Assembly (NCBI RefSeq): GCF_058153355.1
Contig: NZ_CM177019.1
Reading direction: 5' to 3' (one strand)
Length of the DNA stretch: 64,000 nt
Shown: piece after piece, positions 1 to 9,645 of the stretch
How positions within the stretch are numbered: the first letter of the stretch is position 1
How the letters are laid out: every line of letters starts with the position of its first letter
The notes under the pieces: model-generated
The model's database searches: none
Told to the model about the DNA's origin: nothing
The model's input: the letters and a program-made list of their open reading frames with translations, nothing else
Position numbers and translations under genes: made by a program

Positions 1-610
1 TAGCTGTGAAGCAAATTAGTCCCAGCGTTTTGACATATCCTCTGGCGGAAATAAAGGTCAGTACTATTGCCCAGACTAACAAAGCCCACCAACCGCTAAA
101 GGGCAAAGGGTGATCGGTCGGTGTTATCGCTTCTAAATTATTCCCCGTCAGACGATTATCAATATCGCTTATTCCCTTTTGCAAGCCGCCAGCAAGGTCG
201 CCATTTTTAAATGCCGGAATAATACTGTTGCGAATAATTTTCCCGGACTGCGCATCCGTAATAACGCCTTCCAGTCCGTAACCGATTTCAATACGCACGG
301 TATGATCCTGCCAGGCGACTAACAGTAGAACGCCATCATCGCGGTCTTTATCACCCGGTTTCCAGCTATCGAATACCCGCGTAGCGTACTGCTCGATGGT
401 TTCATCGCCCGTTGTTTCAACCACTAACACGACCAGTTGTGCGTGGCTTTTTTGCATCAGCTCTTTAATCTGATTGGTCAACGTATTTACTTCATCGTTC
501 GTCAATTTGCCGGTTAAGTCATTCACATACCTGGGTGATTCAGGTACTGGAATTTGTATGGCAAACACAGATGAACAAAAGAAAGCCATAAGGAAGATAA
601 AATTTCGCAC
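1..610 (-). CDS. ygcG: TPM-domain protein (YgcG-like), partial; 3' end runs off the window edge
   Basis: Minus-strand frame open to position 1; GTG start at 610 preceded by GAGGAAG; N-terminus MRNFIFLMAFFCSSVFA is signal-peptide-like; not in ORF track because it has no stop in the window. Confidence 0.6.
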   Translation of the reverse strand, partial: MRNFIFLMAFFCSSVFAIQIPVPESPRYVNDLTGKLTNDEVNTLTNQIKELMQKSHAQLVVLVVETTGDETIEQYATRVFDSWKPGDKDRDDGVLLLVAWQDHTVRIEIGYGLEGVITDAQSGKIIRNSIIPAFKNGDLAGGLQKGISDIDNRLTGNNLEAITPTDHPLPFSGWWALLVWAIVLTFISARGYVKTLGLICFTA

Positions 611-623
611 AGGACTTCCTCGC

Positions 624-1226
624 TTAATGAGCATTAGCATTCTGGCTAAAATCTATTGTTGGGGTTTTACTCACAGCGGCGACATCATCCGGCAAATAAT
701 TTTTCTTCGGTGTGTAATCCATGACTTTTGCGGTTAACACTGCGGGGAATTTGCGGATAGTGACATTATATTGTTCGATGGCTTTAATATATCTTCCTCG
801 CGCAACGGCAATTCGATTTTCACTTCCTTCGAGCTGTACCATCAAATTTTGATAGAGTTCCTGGGCCTTTAGCTCAGGGTAACGTTCACTAATTATCGTT
901 AACTGACCGAGAGTGCGAGACACCTGCGCCTGAGCTTGTTGCCAGGTTTGTAATTTTTGTTCATCTCCCGGAGTTTGCTGAAGAGCACTACTGGCGCGAT
1001 TAGCCTGACTACGTGCCAATGTTACGGCTTCCAGTACCTCTTGTTCATGGCTGGAATAACCTTTAATACTGGCGACAAGATTAGGAATAAGATCGGCGCG
1101 ACGTTGATATTGATTTAATACCTCAGACCAGGAAGCGTTAACCTGCTCATCATAGGTTTGAATATCGTTATATCCACAGCCTGATAAATTGAAAATAAAT
1201 ATAATTACGATGAATATTCTGAGCAT
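624..1226 (-). CDS. LemA-family protein, probable lipoprotein
   Basis: 200 aa ORF with N-terminal hydrophobic segment ending LSGC (lipobox-like); sits 13 bp upstream of the TPM gene, a common LemA-TPM pairing. Confidence 0.7.
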   Translation of the reverse strand: MLRIFIVIIFIFNLSGCGYNDIQTYDEQVNASWSEVLNQYQRRADLIPNLVASIKGYSSHEQEVLEAVTLARSQANRASSALQQTPGDEQKLQTWQQAQAQVSRTLGQLTIISERYPELKAQELYQNLMVQLEGSENRIAVARGRYIKAIEQYNVTIRKFPAVLTAKVMDYTPKKNYLPDDVAAVSKTPTIDFSQNANAH

Positions 1227-1398
1227 GGTTAAATTCCTTTTAATTAATTTCTTAAAACATAATACGCCACTTCATTTTATTCTTTATGATCTAATCCACT
1301 TTTTGCCTTAAACCTGCCTGTAACAGAATGTTAATAAGACATGATTGTTGTGGCAGGATCTGCAATAATTAACAATTATCCACTTCACAGAGAATGCT

Positions 1399-2070
1399 AT
1401 GCAGTACCCGATTAACGAGATGTTCCAGACCCTGCAAGGTGAGGGTTACTTTACCGGCGTCCCCGCCATTTTTATTCGTTTACAGGGATGCCCGGTCGGC
1501 TGTGCCTGGTGCGACACCAAACACACCTGGGAAAAGCTTGAGGATCGGGAAGTCTCCCTTTTCAGCATTCTGGCGAAGACCAAAGAGAGTGATAAGTGGG
1601 GGGCGGCGAGCAGTGAAGATTTGCTGGCTGTCATTGGTCGTCAGGGATACACCGCGCGGCATGTGGTGATTACGGGTGGTGAGCCTTGCATTCATGATTT
1701 GCTGCCACTGACTGACCTGCTCGAAAAGAACGGTTTTAGCTGCCAGATCGAAACCAGCGGTACTCATGAAGTACGCTGCACGCCGAATACCTGGGTTACC
1801 GTATCGCCAAAGCTGAACATGCGCGGCGGCTATGAAGTGTTGTCACAGGCACTGGAGCGAGCCAACGAAATCAAGCATCCAGTGGGACGCGTACGTGATA
1901 TTGAAGCACTGGATGAACTATTGGCGACGCTGACCGATGATAAACCACGAGTCATTGCACTGCAGCCAATTAGCCAAAAGGATGATGCCACACGTTTGTG
2001 CATTGAAACTTGCATTGCGCGTAACTGGCGTTTGTCGATGCAAACACATAAATATTTAAATATTGCCTGA
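1399..2070 (+). CDS. queE: 7-carboxy-7-deazaguanine synthase QueE (radical SAM)
   Basis: 223 aa ORF; N-terminus MQYPINEMFQTLQGEGYFTGVPAIFIRLQGCPVGCAWCDTKHTW carries the cysteine motif. Confidence 0.9.
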   Translation: MQYPINEMFQTLQGEGYFTGVPAIFIRLQGCPVGCAWCDTKHTWEKLEDREVSLFSILAKTKESDKWGAASSEDLLAVIGRQGYTARHVVITGGEPCIHDLLPLTDLLEKNGFSCQIETSGTHEVRCTPNTWVTVSPKLNMRGGYEVLSQALERANEIKHPVGRVRDIEALDELLATLTDDKPRVIALQPISQKDDATRLCIETCIARNWRLSMQTHKYLNIA

Positions 2071-2353
2071 CAGGTAATGTGAGTAGAGGTTGTGACGATT
2101 AAGCCTCTACTCTTACATCAATCTGTAAATGCCCCATTTTCTCCTCTCTTTGGTCCGACTCCGCAATTTCGTATATTTTTCAATAGTGTTAATGTTTTGT
2201 CCAAGTAAAAATTACCAGACATTCGGAGGTTTTTAACTAACATTTATAGTGGGTAAATTGGTGGGATACGCTTAACCTTAAAAAATCAATATAAACAATA
2301 GGTTATGATTGGTGTTTGTCTTATCGGATGAACTAATTTAAATGGAGTACTAA

Positions 2354-2617
2354 ATGGCTACTTTAATGGAAAAAGATTCTCTCCTGAATGGCGTAAGTCA
2401 AAATATTGCATTTTTATCAAATGTATCAGAAATGATTTACAAGTCCCAGAATGAAGAATTACAAAAGGAGATATATGAATTGGTGAGTTATAGAGACTAT
2501 TTATATTCAACAGGCCATGAACTCGTTGATTTCAAGGAAGGAGTATTGCGATTTCAGCAAGTTAGAAAAAAATACATGCAGGATCTAAAAGCGCTAGGTT
2601 ATCCCGCAACCAATTGA
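2354..2617 (+). CDS. hypothetical small protein in an AT-rich intergenic islet
   Basis: 87 aa ORF in a markedly AT-rich segment (about 2100-2790); no recognisable motif. Confidence 0.3.
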   Translation: MATLMEKDSLLNGVSQNIAFLSNVSEMIYKSQNEELQKEIYELVSYRDYLYSTGHELVDFKEGVLRFQQVRKKYMQDLKALGYPATN

Positions 2618-2797
2618 TAAATATGTCTTTATATTAATTTTAGGATGTGGATAACCTGCTGAAATTTATATTAAAAATGAAATAAAAATATTAAATTCAT
2701 ATCATGCTTGCGTTTTGTTCTCGATAACGCGTAATTTTGTTGAATGCTTTCTCCTGTGAATGCAAAACCAGGCAGTTTCCCGCCCGGCCTTCCTCAC

Positions 2798-4282
2798 TTA
2801 CGCATTCGACCAGCTCTGGATCGAATCTTCATTCCCCAGCTCACCATGCATCACTTCATACGATTTTTTCAGGATCACATCAGTGTGTTTGGTTAGGTCT
2901 TTGAAAATGCCTTTATTCATCGCGTCGTAGCGTTTGGCGTTGCTCTCAACAGGCATAAAGATATCTTTCACGCGAACCATTTTGTCGACAGCCGTTGCGT
3001 AATCCGGGTATAGCCCCAGACCTACCGCCGTATTAATCGCTGCCCCCAGGCTTGCACAACCGTTAATGGCGTTACGTCGTGCCGGAAGGTTGAACACGTC
3101 GGCAAAAATTTGCATAAACAGATCGCTGTTCGAACCGCCGCCAGTAATGATCACATGTTTCGCAAAGTGATTCATTTCATGACACATATTGTCGTAATTG
3201 TTCTTCAGCGTCAGCGTCAGCGCCACGCTTTCCAGTATCGAACGATATATCCATGCGTAATCCATGCTGGAATCAAAGCCGATCATAATCCCGCGTTTGT
3301 ACGGTTCCCACGGATTGGTCAGCCAGTCCAGCACCGTCATCAGACCATTACAGCCAGGCGGCACACAACAAGCTTTTTTGTTGAGCAAATCTTCCGGTGA
3401 AAGATCCTGCGCCCTGGCATCCTGAATTAACGATTCGCCTAGCATGTCGCGCAGCCAACTCACCGTCCACATGCCTTTGCGAATACCGTAACCTTCATAC
3501 AGCAAGGTTTGCGGAATAGAAGACATAATCGGCCAGTACGCTACCGGATCTTTCGGCAGTACTTTGCCGTTCATCATCAACGCGATGTAAGTGCCAAGAG
3601 AAATTACCGCAGTTTCATCATCCAGTAACCCGGCTCCCAGTGCTTCTACCGGTTTATCACTGGTGGTACAAACAACCGGCAGCCCAGCCGGGAAATGTGT
3701 CGCCAGCGCGGCTTGTGGTGTGATATGCCCAAGAACAGTGCCCGGCATTTGCACATCAAAAAGCATCTGTTGGGGAATATTAAACTTCTCCATTACCGCG
3801 GTATCTTCGCTCCATGCCCAGGTCTTATAATCCACCGGCCACTGACCAAAATAGTTGGCGATATTGTCTTTAAACTCGCCGGTTAAACGGTGTGTCAGAT
3901 AACCTGAAAAAGAGGTGACATATGCCACATCAGGATTGGTGTGCTCGTAGGGACGTGTTACGCGTGCATCCTGCCAGCTAATCAACGGCGCAGCTGGCGT
4001 GCCATCGGCTTTCAATAACGCACGGCAGCAACGGATAGATCCCAGACCAATGCCGACAATATCTTCTTTATTCCCGGCAAACTGGCTCATCAAATCGTGA
4101 CCAGCAAAACATAATGATGCCCATAAATCATCGTCAGGATGTTCTGCGGTATCGGCATCTGGAGTGTGCATCGGTTGTAATAAGCCTTTGCCTTCGCAAA
4201 CCACGTTACCTTCCAGATCGTACATCACCACTTTTGTGCTCTGACTTCCGCCATCAATCCCTATGATGTATTTTTTCGACAT
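2798..4282 (-). CDS. ygcE: FGGY-family carbohydrate kinase
   Basis: 494 aa ORF; N-terminal IGIDGGSQSTK kinase signature. Confidence 0.85.
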   Translation of the reverse strand: MSKKYIIGIDGGSQSTKVVMYDLEGNVVCEGKGLLQPMHTPDADTAEHPDDDLWASLCFAGHDLMSQFAGNKEDIVGIGLGSIRCCRALLKADGTPAAPLISWQDARVTRPYEHTNPDVAYVTSFSGYLTHRLTGEFKDNIANYFGQWPVDYKTWAWSEDTAVMEKFNIPQQMLFDVQMPGTVLGHITPQAALATHFPAGLPVVCTTSDKPVEALGAGLLDDETAVISLGTYIALMMNGKVLPKDPVAYWPIMSSIPQTLLYEGYGIRKGMWTVSWLRDMLGESLIQDARAQDLSPEDLLNKKACCVPPGCNGLMTVLDWLTNPWEPYKRGIMIGFDSSMDYAWIYRSILESVALTLTLKNNYDNMCHEMNHFAKHVIITGGGSNSDLFMQIFADVFNLPARRNAINGCASLGAAINTAVGLGLYPDYATAVDKMVRVKDIFMPVESNAKRYDAMNKGIFKDLTKHTDVILKKSYEVMHGELGNEDSIQSWSNA

Positions 4283-4308
4283 GATTTTTCTCCTGTAATT
4301 TTCCTGGC

Positions 4309-5586
4309 TTACTTGCTGCTAGCCATTGCGGGGGCGCTATCAGCAGTACGAATTTTTTGGAACAGCAAAAAGGTAAAGACGATCACCATGGCAAGCGCCG
4401 CCATGCCCATCAGCCACATATTGCGGTAGGCTTCTGCCGCGGGCAGGGTGTCTTGCCAGTGGCCGATAATTGGGTAAACGAAGACATCCGGCAGAAATCC
4501 AATCACCGAACAAATACCTACCGTGGTGCCCATAATGTAAGACGGTGTTCTCGCTTCGCCGGGGCAGGCCCAGTACAGCCCGCGGGAGGCGTAGCAGGTG
4601 AATCCCAGTAGTAAAATCAGGCCAATCCCCATCGCGACCGATTGCGGGTTAGAGTTCGTGATGAGCAGGGCAGTTAACGCCAGCAGGCCGAGTACGGAAA
4701 GGATTTGGATCACGCGGGTAGGGGATTTCACTTTGCTGTAGGTGGTGATAATGCCACCAAGTGGGCCGCACAGTGCGCGGAAGATTTTGTTGATCACAAT
4801 CCCCATGTAGCTCGCCGCCACCAGCGACATGCCGTACATTTCGGTCAGATAGTTGGTGGAGTAACTCAGAATGGCGTAGATGGTGAAGACGCCAAAAATC
4901 ACCATGCTGCAGTACCATGTGGTGCTGATACGCAAAACGGCAAGGATGTCGCTAAGCTGGAATGACTGTTTTTCTTCGGTGTTGGTATTGCGCAGGTTGT
5001 TGTTATCGCTAACAAAAAACCAGCACAGAATCCCCAACAAGATGTAAACCACACTATAGATGATAATGACCGTTTTCAGGCTGGCGCTGTCATCCGGTGC
5101 AAAGCGAGAAAAGACCCACATGGTAAACACCGCCAGCGACATTACACCGACGCCGCGCAGCCCTTCCATCCAGCCCATAATTTTCCCCTGCTCGCTATGA
5201 TCGCCAAGCAACGATGCGGCTTTAATCGACACCGACCACAGCATTAAAATCGTCGTTATCGCAAAGGCGACCTGAATACAGAGCATTACCCACAGCGGTG
5301 GATACGTTGCCATTAACAGACCCAGCAATCCGGTAATGATCATCGCGGAAGTAATCATTTTGCGGTGTGAAAATTTATCGGCAATAACGCTGCTGGGGGC
5401 ATAAAGAATAATAGCCGCAATACCAAAGGTACTCATTATTAAACCTATCTCGGTATTGCTGAATCCCATAAATTTCGCCATGGGAATTTGATAAATATAA
5501 CGTAAATAAGCCAGGTCGAAACTAACGCCGCCGCTAAAACTAATTATCGCGAGGGTTATCCAACGGCGATATGAGTTGTGTTGCAT
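4309..5586 (-). CDS. yqcE: MFS transporter
   Basis: 425 aa ORF, strongly hydrophobic with multiple predicted TM segments. Confidence 0.8.
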   Translation of the reverse strand: MQHNSYRRWITLAIISFSGGVSFDLAYLRYIYQIPMAKFMGFSNTEIGLIMSTFGIAAIILYAPSSVIADKFSHRKMITSAMIITGLLGLLMATYPPLWVMLCIQVAFAITTILMLWSVSIKAASLLGDHSEQGKIMGWMEGLRGVGVMSLAVFTMWVFSRFAPDDSASLKTVIIIYSVVYILLGILCWFFVSDNNNLRNTNTEEKQSFQLSDILAVLRISTTWYCSMVIFGVFTIYAILSYSTNYLTEMYGMSLVAASYMGIVINKIFRALCGPLGGIITTYSKVKSPTRVIQILSVLGLLALTALLITNSNPQSVAMGIGLILLLGFTCYASRGLYWACPGEARTPSYIMGTTVGICSVIGFLPDVFVYPIIGHWQDTLPAAEAYRNMWLMGMAALAMVIVFTFLLFQKIRTADSAPAMASSK

Positions 5587-5764
5587 ATCGTATTCCCATT
5601 TGTAATAGACAAAAAAAAGAGAAAAGTAAGCCGCCCTTTCAGGTGGATTACTTTTCTCAGGTCTCTAGTAATTGCAGTAAGAAATAACATGGAAAGCAGT
5701 GGTGTTGTGTGAGAGTAATCACGCTTCTGCTTTTTAAAATTATTTGACAATTCGAATATCACAC

Positions 5765-5780
5765 TGTGATTACGATCACA
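5765..5780. promoter_or_regulatory. candidate CRP binding site in the yqcE/ygcW divergent region
   Basis: TGTGA-ttacga-TCACA, perfect match to both half-sites of the CRP consensus. Confidence 0.45.
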
Positions 5781-5832
5781 TTAGCGCTTATGCCCTTATG
5801 CTAAAAATTATCTCCAGTTACCAGAGATAATG

Positions 5833-5880
5833 AGAAAGGTAACTTCCCTCTCGCGGGGGAAGTTACCTTTCTTTTTTTTT
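5833..5880 (+). terminator. intrinsic terminator-like hairpin with T-tract, 25 nt upstream of the ygcW start codon (possible leader attenuator)
   Basis: ggtaacttccc-tctcgcgg-gggaagttacc stem-loop followed by tttcttttttttttg on the + strand. Confidence 0.5.
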
Positions 5881-5904
5881 GCCTTACGGAAATTGGAGCT
5901 AACT

Positions 5905-6690
5905 ATGTCAATCGAATCTCTCAATGCGTTCTCAATGGATTTTTTCTCCCTGAAAGGTAAAACCGCAATTGTTACCGGCGGGAATAGCGGTTTAGGCCAG
6001 GCATTTGCCATGGCACTCGCAAAAGCAGGCGCAAATATCTTTATTCCAAGTTTCGTTAAAGATAATGGCGAAACAAAGGAAATGATTGAAAAACAGGGTG
6101 TTGAGGTGGACTTCATGCAGGTGGATATCACCGCAGAAGGCGCGCCGCAGAAGATAATTACCGCCTGTTGTGAACGTTTCGGCACCGTCGATATTCTGGT
6201 TAACAATGCCGGTATATGTAAGCTGAATAAGGTGCTGGATTTCGGTCGTGCCGACTGGGACCCGATGATTGACGTGAACCTGACCGCCGCATTCGAGTTA
6301 AGCTATGAAGCGGCAAAAATTATGATCCCGCAGAAAAGCGGTAAAATCATTAATATCTGTTCATTATTCTCTTACTTAGGTGGACAATGGTCACCTGCAT
6401 ATTCTGCCACTAAACATGCTCTTGCCGGATTCACCAAAGCTTATTGTGATGAACTAGGTCAATATAATATTCAGGTAAATGGTATTGCCCCTGGCTATTA
6501 TGCAACAGATATCACCCTGGCGACACGCAGTAATCCAGAAACCAATCAGCGCGTTCTTGATCATATTCCGGCAAACCGTTGGGGCGATACTCAGGATTTA
6601 ATGGGCGCAGCCGTATTCCTCGCAAGTCCGGCTTCAAATTATGTTAACGGGCATTTATTAGTGGTCGATGGCGGTTATTTAGTGCGCTAA
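5905..6690 (+). CDS. ygcW: short-chain dehydrogenase/reductase (KduD-like)
   Basis: 261 aa from ATG 5905; TGGNSGLG Rossmann motif; the ORF-track start at 5830 is an upstream in-frame extension. Confidence 0.85.
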   Translation: MSIESLNAFSMDFFSLKGKTAIVTGGNSGLGQAFAMALAKAGANIFIPSFVKDNGETKEMIEKQGVEVDFMQVDITAEGAPQKIITACCERFGTVDILVNNAGICKLNKVLDFGRADWDPMIDVNLTAAFELSYEAAKIMIPQKSGKIINICSLFSYLGGQWSPAYSATKHALAGFTKAYCDELGQYNIQVNGIAPGYYATDITLATRSNPETNQRVLDHIPANRWGDTQDLMGAAVFLASPASNYVNGHLLVVDGGYLVR

Positions 6691-6759
6691 TCCATAACGG
6701 TGGTTTCTGATTTCTTTTATTAATGACTATTCCATTTTTATTATCAGGAAGGAATTACT

Positions 6760-8214
6760 ATGTCTTTATCTCGCGCAGCGATTGTCGACCAGCTAAAGGA
6801 AATTGTTGGTGCAGATCGCGTAATTACCGATGAAACGGTATTGAAGAAAAACAGTATTGATCGTTTTCGTAAATTTCCGGATATTCATGGTATTTATACT
6901 TTGCCTATTCCGGCAGCGGTCGTAAAACTCGGTTCCACAGAGCAAGTGTCCCGTGTGCTGAATTTTATGAATGCACACAAAATTAACGGCGTACCACGTA
7001 CCGGTGCTTCCGCTACCGAAGGCGGGCTGGAAACTGTTGTGGAAAACTCGGTGGTGCTCGATGGCTCTGCAATGAATCAAATCATTAATATTGATATAGA
7101 GAATATGCAGGCCACGGCGCAATGTGGCGTTCCGTTGGAAGTGCTGGAAAACGCGTTGCGTGAAAAAGGCTATACCACGGGGCATTCTCCGCAGTCAAAA
7201 CCGTTGGCGCAGATGGGTGGGTTGGTAGCTACCCGCAGCATCGGGCAGTTCTCCACACTCTACGGCGCAATCGAGGATATGGTCGTTGGCCTGGAAGCAG
7301 TACTGGTTGATGGCACCGTGACACGCATTAAAAACGTGCCACGACGCGCGGCGGGCCCGGACATTCGTCACATCATCATCGGCAACGAAGGTGCATTGTG
7401 CTATATCACTGAAATAACAGTGAAAATATTTAAATTCACTCCCGAAAACAACCTCTTTTATGGCTATATCCTGGAAGACATGAAGACCGGCTTCAACATC
7501 CTGCGTGAAATCATGGTGGAAGGATATCGTCCGTCGATCGCTCGTTTGTATGACGCTGAAGATGGCACCCAACACTTCACCCATTTTGCCGACGGAAAAT
7601 GCGTGCTGATCTTTATGGCTGAAGGTAACCCTCGCATTGCGAAGGCGACGGGCGAAGGGATTGCAGAAATCGTGGCACGTTACCCGCAATGCCAGCGCGT
7701 GGACAGTAAGCTGATCGAAACCTGGTTTAACAACCTGAACTGGGGACCGGATAAAGTGGCTGCCGAACGTGTGCAGATCCTCAAAACCGGCAACATGGGC
7801 TTTACCACCGAAGTGTCCGGCTGCTGGAGTTGCATACACGAAATCTACGAAAGCGTTATTAACCGTATTCGTACCGAGTTCGCGCACGCCGACGACATCA
7901 CCATGCTGGGCGGTCACTCCTCTCATAGCTATCAGAACGGCACCAACATGTACTTCGTCTACGACTACAACGTTGTTGACTGTAAGCCGGAAGAGGAAAT
8001 CGACAAATACCACAATCCGCTCAACAAAATCATCTGCGAAGAAACCATTCGCCTCGGCGGTTCGATGGTACACCATCACGGTATCGGTAAACATCGTGTT
8101 CACTGGAGCAAACTGGAACACGGCAGCGCGTGGACATTGCTGGAAGGGCTGAAAAAACAGTTCGATCCTAACGGTATTATGAATACGGGTACTATCTATC
8201 CGATTGAAAAATAA
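6760..8214 (+). CDS. ygcU: FAD-linked oxidoreductase
   Basis: 484 aa ORF; assignment from recalled similarity to K-12 YgcU. Confidence 0.8.
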   Translation: MSLSRAAIVDQLKEIVGADRVITDETVLKKNSIDRFRKFPDIHGIYTLPIPAAVVKLGSTEQVSRVLNFMNAHKINGVPRTGASATEGGLETVVENSVVLDGSAMNQIINIDIENMQATAQCGVPLEVLENALREKGYTTGHSPQSKPLAQMGGLVATRSIGQFSTLYGAIEDMVVGLEAVLVDGTVTRIKNVPRRAAGPDIRHIIIGNEGALCYITEITVKIFKFTPENNLFYGYILEDMKTGFNILREIMVEGYRPSIARLYDAEDGTQHFTHFADGKCVLIFMAEGNPRIAKATGEGIAEIVARYPQCQRVDSKLIETWFNNLNWGPDKVAAERVQILKTGNMGFTTEVSGCWSCIHEIYESVINRIRTEFAHADDITMLGGHSSHSYQNGTNMYFVYDYNVVDCKPEEEIDKYHNPLNKIICEETIRLGGSMVHHHGIGKHRVHWSKLEHGSAWTLLEGLKKQFDPNGIMNTGTIYPIEK

Positions 8215-8307
8215 TGTGTCAGGCAGCGTTTCGCGATGACGGGGCGTTGTCTTTTCGGCTTCTCAACCGGGAAGCCGTTCTTATTACCGGACAATGAAGG
8301 GGTAAAG

Positions 8308-9645
8308 ATGAACACTTCACCGGTGCGAATGGATGATTTACCGCTTAACCGTTTTCACTGTCGAATTGCTGCGCTGACTTTCGGCGCACACCTGACCGAC
8401 GGTTATGTTCTCGGCGTCATTGGTTACGCCATAATTCAGCTTACTCCAGCCATGCAACTGACGCCGTTTATGGCGGGAATGATTGGTGGCTCGGCGCTAC
8501 TTGGCCTGTTTATCGGCAGCCTGGTTTTGGGGTGGATCTCCGACCATATCGGGCGGCAAAAAATCTTCACCTTCAGCTTTATGCTGATTACGCTCGCCTC
8601 GTTCCTGCAATTTTTTGCCACCACGCCAGAGCATCTTATTGGACTACGCATTTTGATCGGCATTGGTCTGGGAGGCGACTATTCAGTAGGTCACACCTTG
8701 CTGGCTGAATTTTCCCCGCGCCGCCATCGCGGTATTTTGCTAGGCGCTTTCAGCGTGGTGTGGACCGTAGGCTATGTGTTGGCAAGTCTTGCCGGACATC
8801 ACTTTATTAGCGAAAGCCCCGAAGCCTGGCGATGGTTACTTGCATCGGCGGCATTTCCTGCCCTGTTGATTACGTTGTTACGTTGGGGAACGCCAGAATC
8901 GCCACGCTGGCTACTGCGCCAGGGGCGTTTTGCAGAAGCTCACGCTATCGTGCATCGCTATTTTGGTCCCCATGTTTTACTGGGCGATGAAGTGGCAACG
9001 GCGACCCATAAACACATCAAAACCTTGTTCTCTTCGCGCTACTGGCGGCGCACGGCGTTTAACAGCGTCTTCTTTGTCTGCCTCGTAATCCCATGGTTTG
9101 TGATTTATACCTGGCTGCCAACTATCGCCCAGACTATTGGACTGGAAGATGCGCTGACTGCCAGCCTGATGCTTAATGCGTTGTTAATTGTGGGCGCGCT
9201 GCTGGGATTATTTCTGACGCACCTGCTGGCACATCGCAAATTTTTACTTGGCAGTTTTTTGTTGCTGGCGGCAACGCTGGTAGTGATGGCCTGTTTGCCT
9301 TCTGCCTGTTCATTAACGCTGCTGCTTTTTGTTCTCTTCAGTACCACCATTTCGGCAGTCAGTAATCTGGTGGGCATTTTGCCTGCGGAAAGTTTTCCTA
9401 CTGACATTCGCTCGCTGGGTGTCGGTTTTGCCACTGCCATGAGTCGGTTGGGGGCGGCGGTAAGTACTGGCCTGCTGCCGTGGGTGCTGGCGCAGTGGGG
9501 AATGCAAGTCACCTTATTGCTCCTGGCGGCAGTGTTGTTGGTTGGTTTTGTTGTGACCTGGCTATGGGCGCCAGAAACCAAAGCACTCCCGCTGGTGGCG
9601 GCGGGAAATGTAGGAGGTACTAATGAACATTCTGTTAGCATTTAA
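8308..9645 (+). CDS. ygcS: MFS sugar/metabolite transporter
   Basis: Hydrophobic ORF; likely start ATG 8308 (MNTSPVRMDDL), ORF-track start 8236 is an upstream extension. Confidence 0.8.
   Translation: MNTSPVRMDDLPLNRFHCRIAALTFGAHLTDGYVLGVIGYAIIQLTPAMQLTPFMAGMIGGSALLGLFIGSLVLGWISDHIGRQKIFTFSFMLITLASFLQFFATTPEHLIGLRILIGIGLGGDYSVGHTLLAEFSPRRHRGILLGAFSVVWTVGYVLASLAGHHFISESPEAWRWLLASAAFPALLITLLRWGTPESPRWLLRQGRFAEAHAIVHRYFGPHVLLGDEVATATHKHIKTLFSSRYWRRTAFNSVFFVCLVIPWFVIYTWLPTIAQTIGLEDALTASLMLNALLIVGALLGLFLTHLLAHRKFLLGSFLLLAATLVVMACLPSACSLTLLLFVLFSTTISAVSNLVGILPAESFPTDIRSLGVGFATAMSRLGAAVSTGLLPWVLAQWGMQVTLLLLAAVLLVGFVVTWLWAPETKALPLVAAGNVGGTNEHSVSI

Noticed and set aside
474-737. 87 aa + strand ORF spanning the ygcG/LemA junction
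   Set aside because: Overlaps the 5' end of the TPM gene and the 3' end of the LemA gene on the opposite strand; no independent coding signal.
2078-2113. Hairpin downstream of queE as a possible terminator
   Set aside because: 9-bp stem but a 14 nt loop and no T-tract, so too weak to call.
7195-8121. 308 aa ORF on the minus strand inside ygcU
   Set aside because: Lies entirely antisense to a well-supported gene, has no start context and an arginine/valine-rich composition typical of spurious antisense frames. The same applies to 16189-17241 (inside cysI), 49880-51085 (inside hycE), 47830-48717 (inside hycC), 31577-32104 (inside rpoS) and most other short ORFs nested in known genes.
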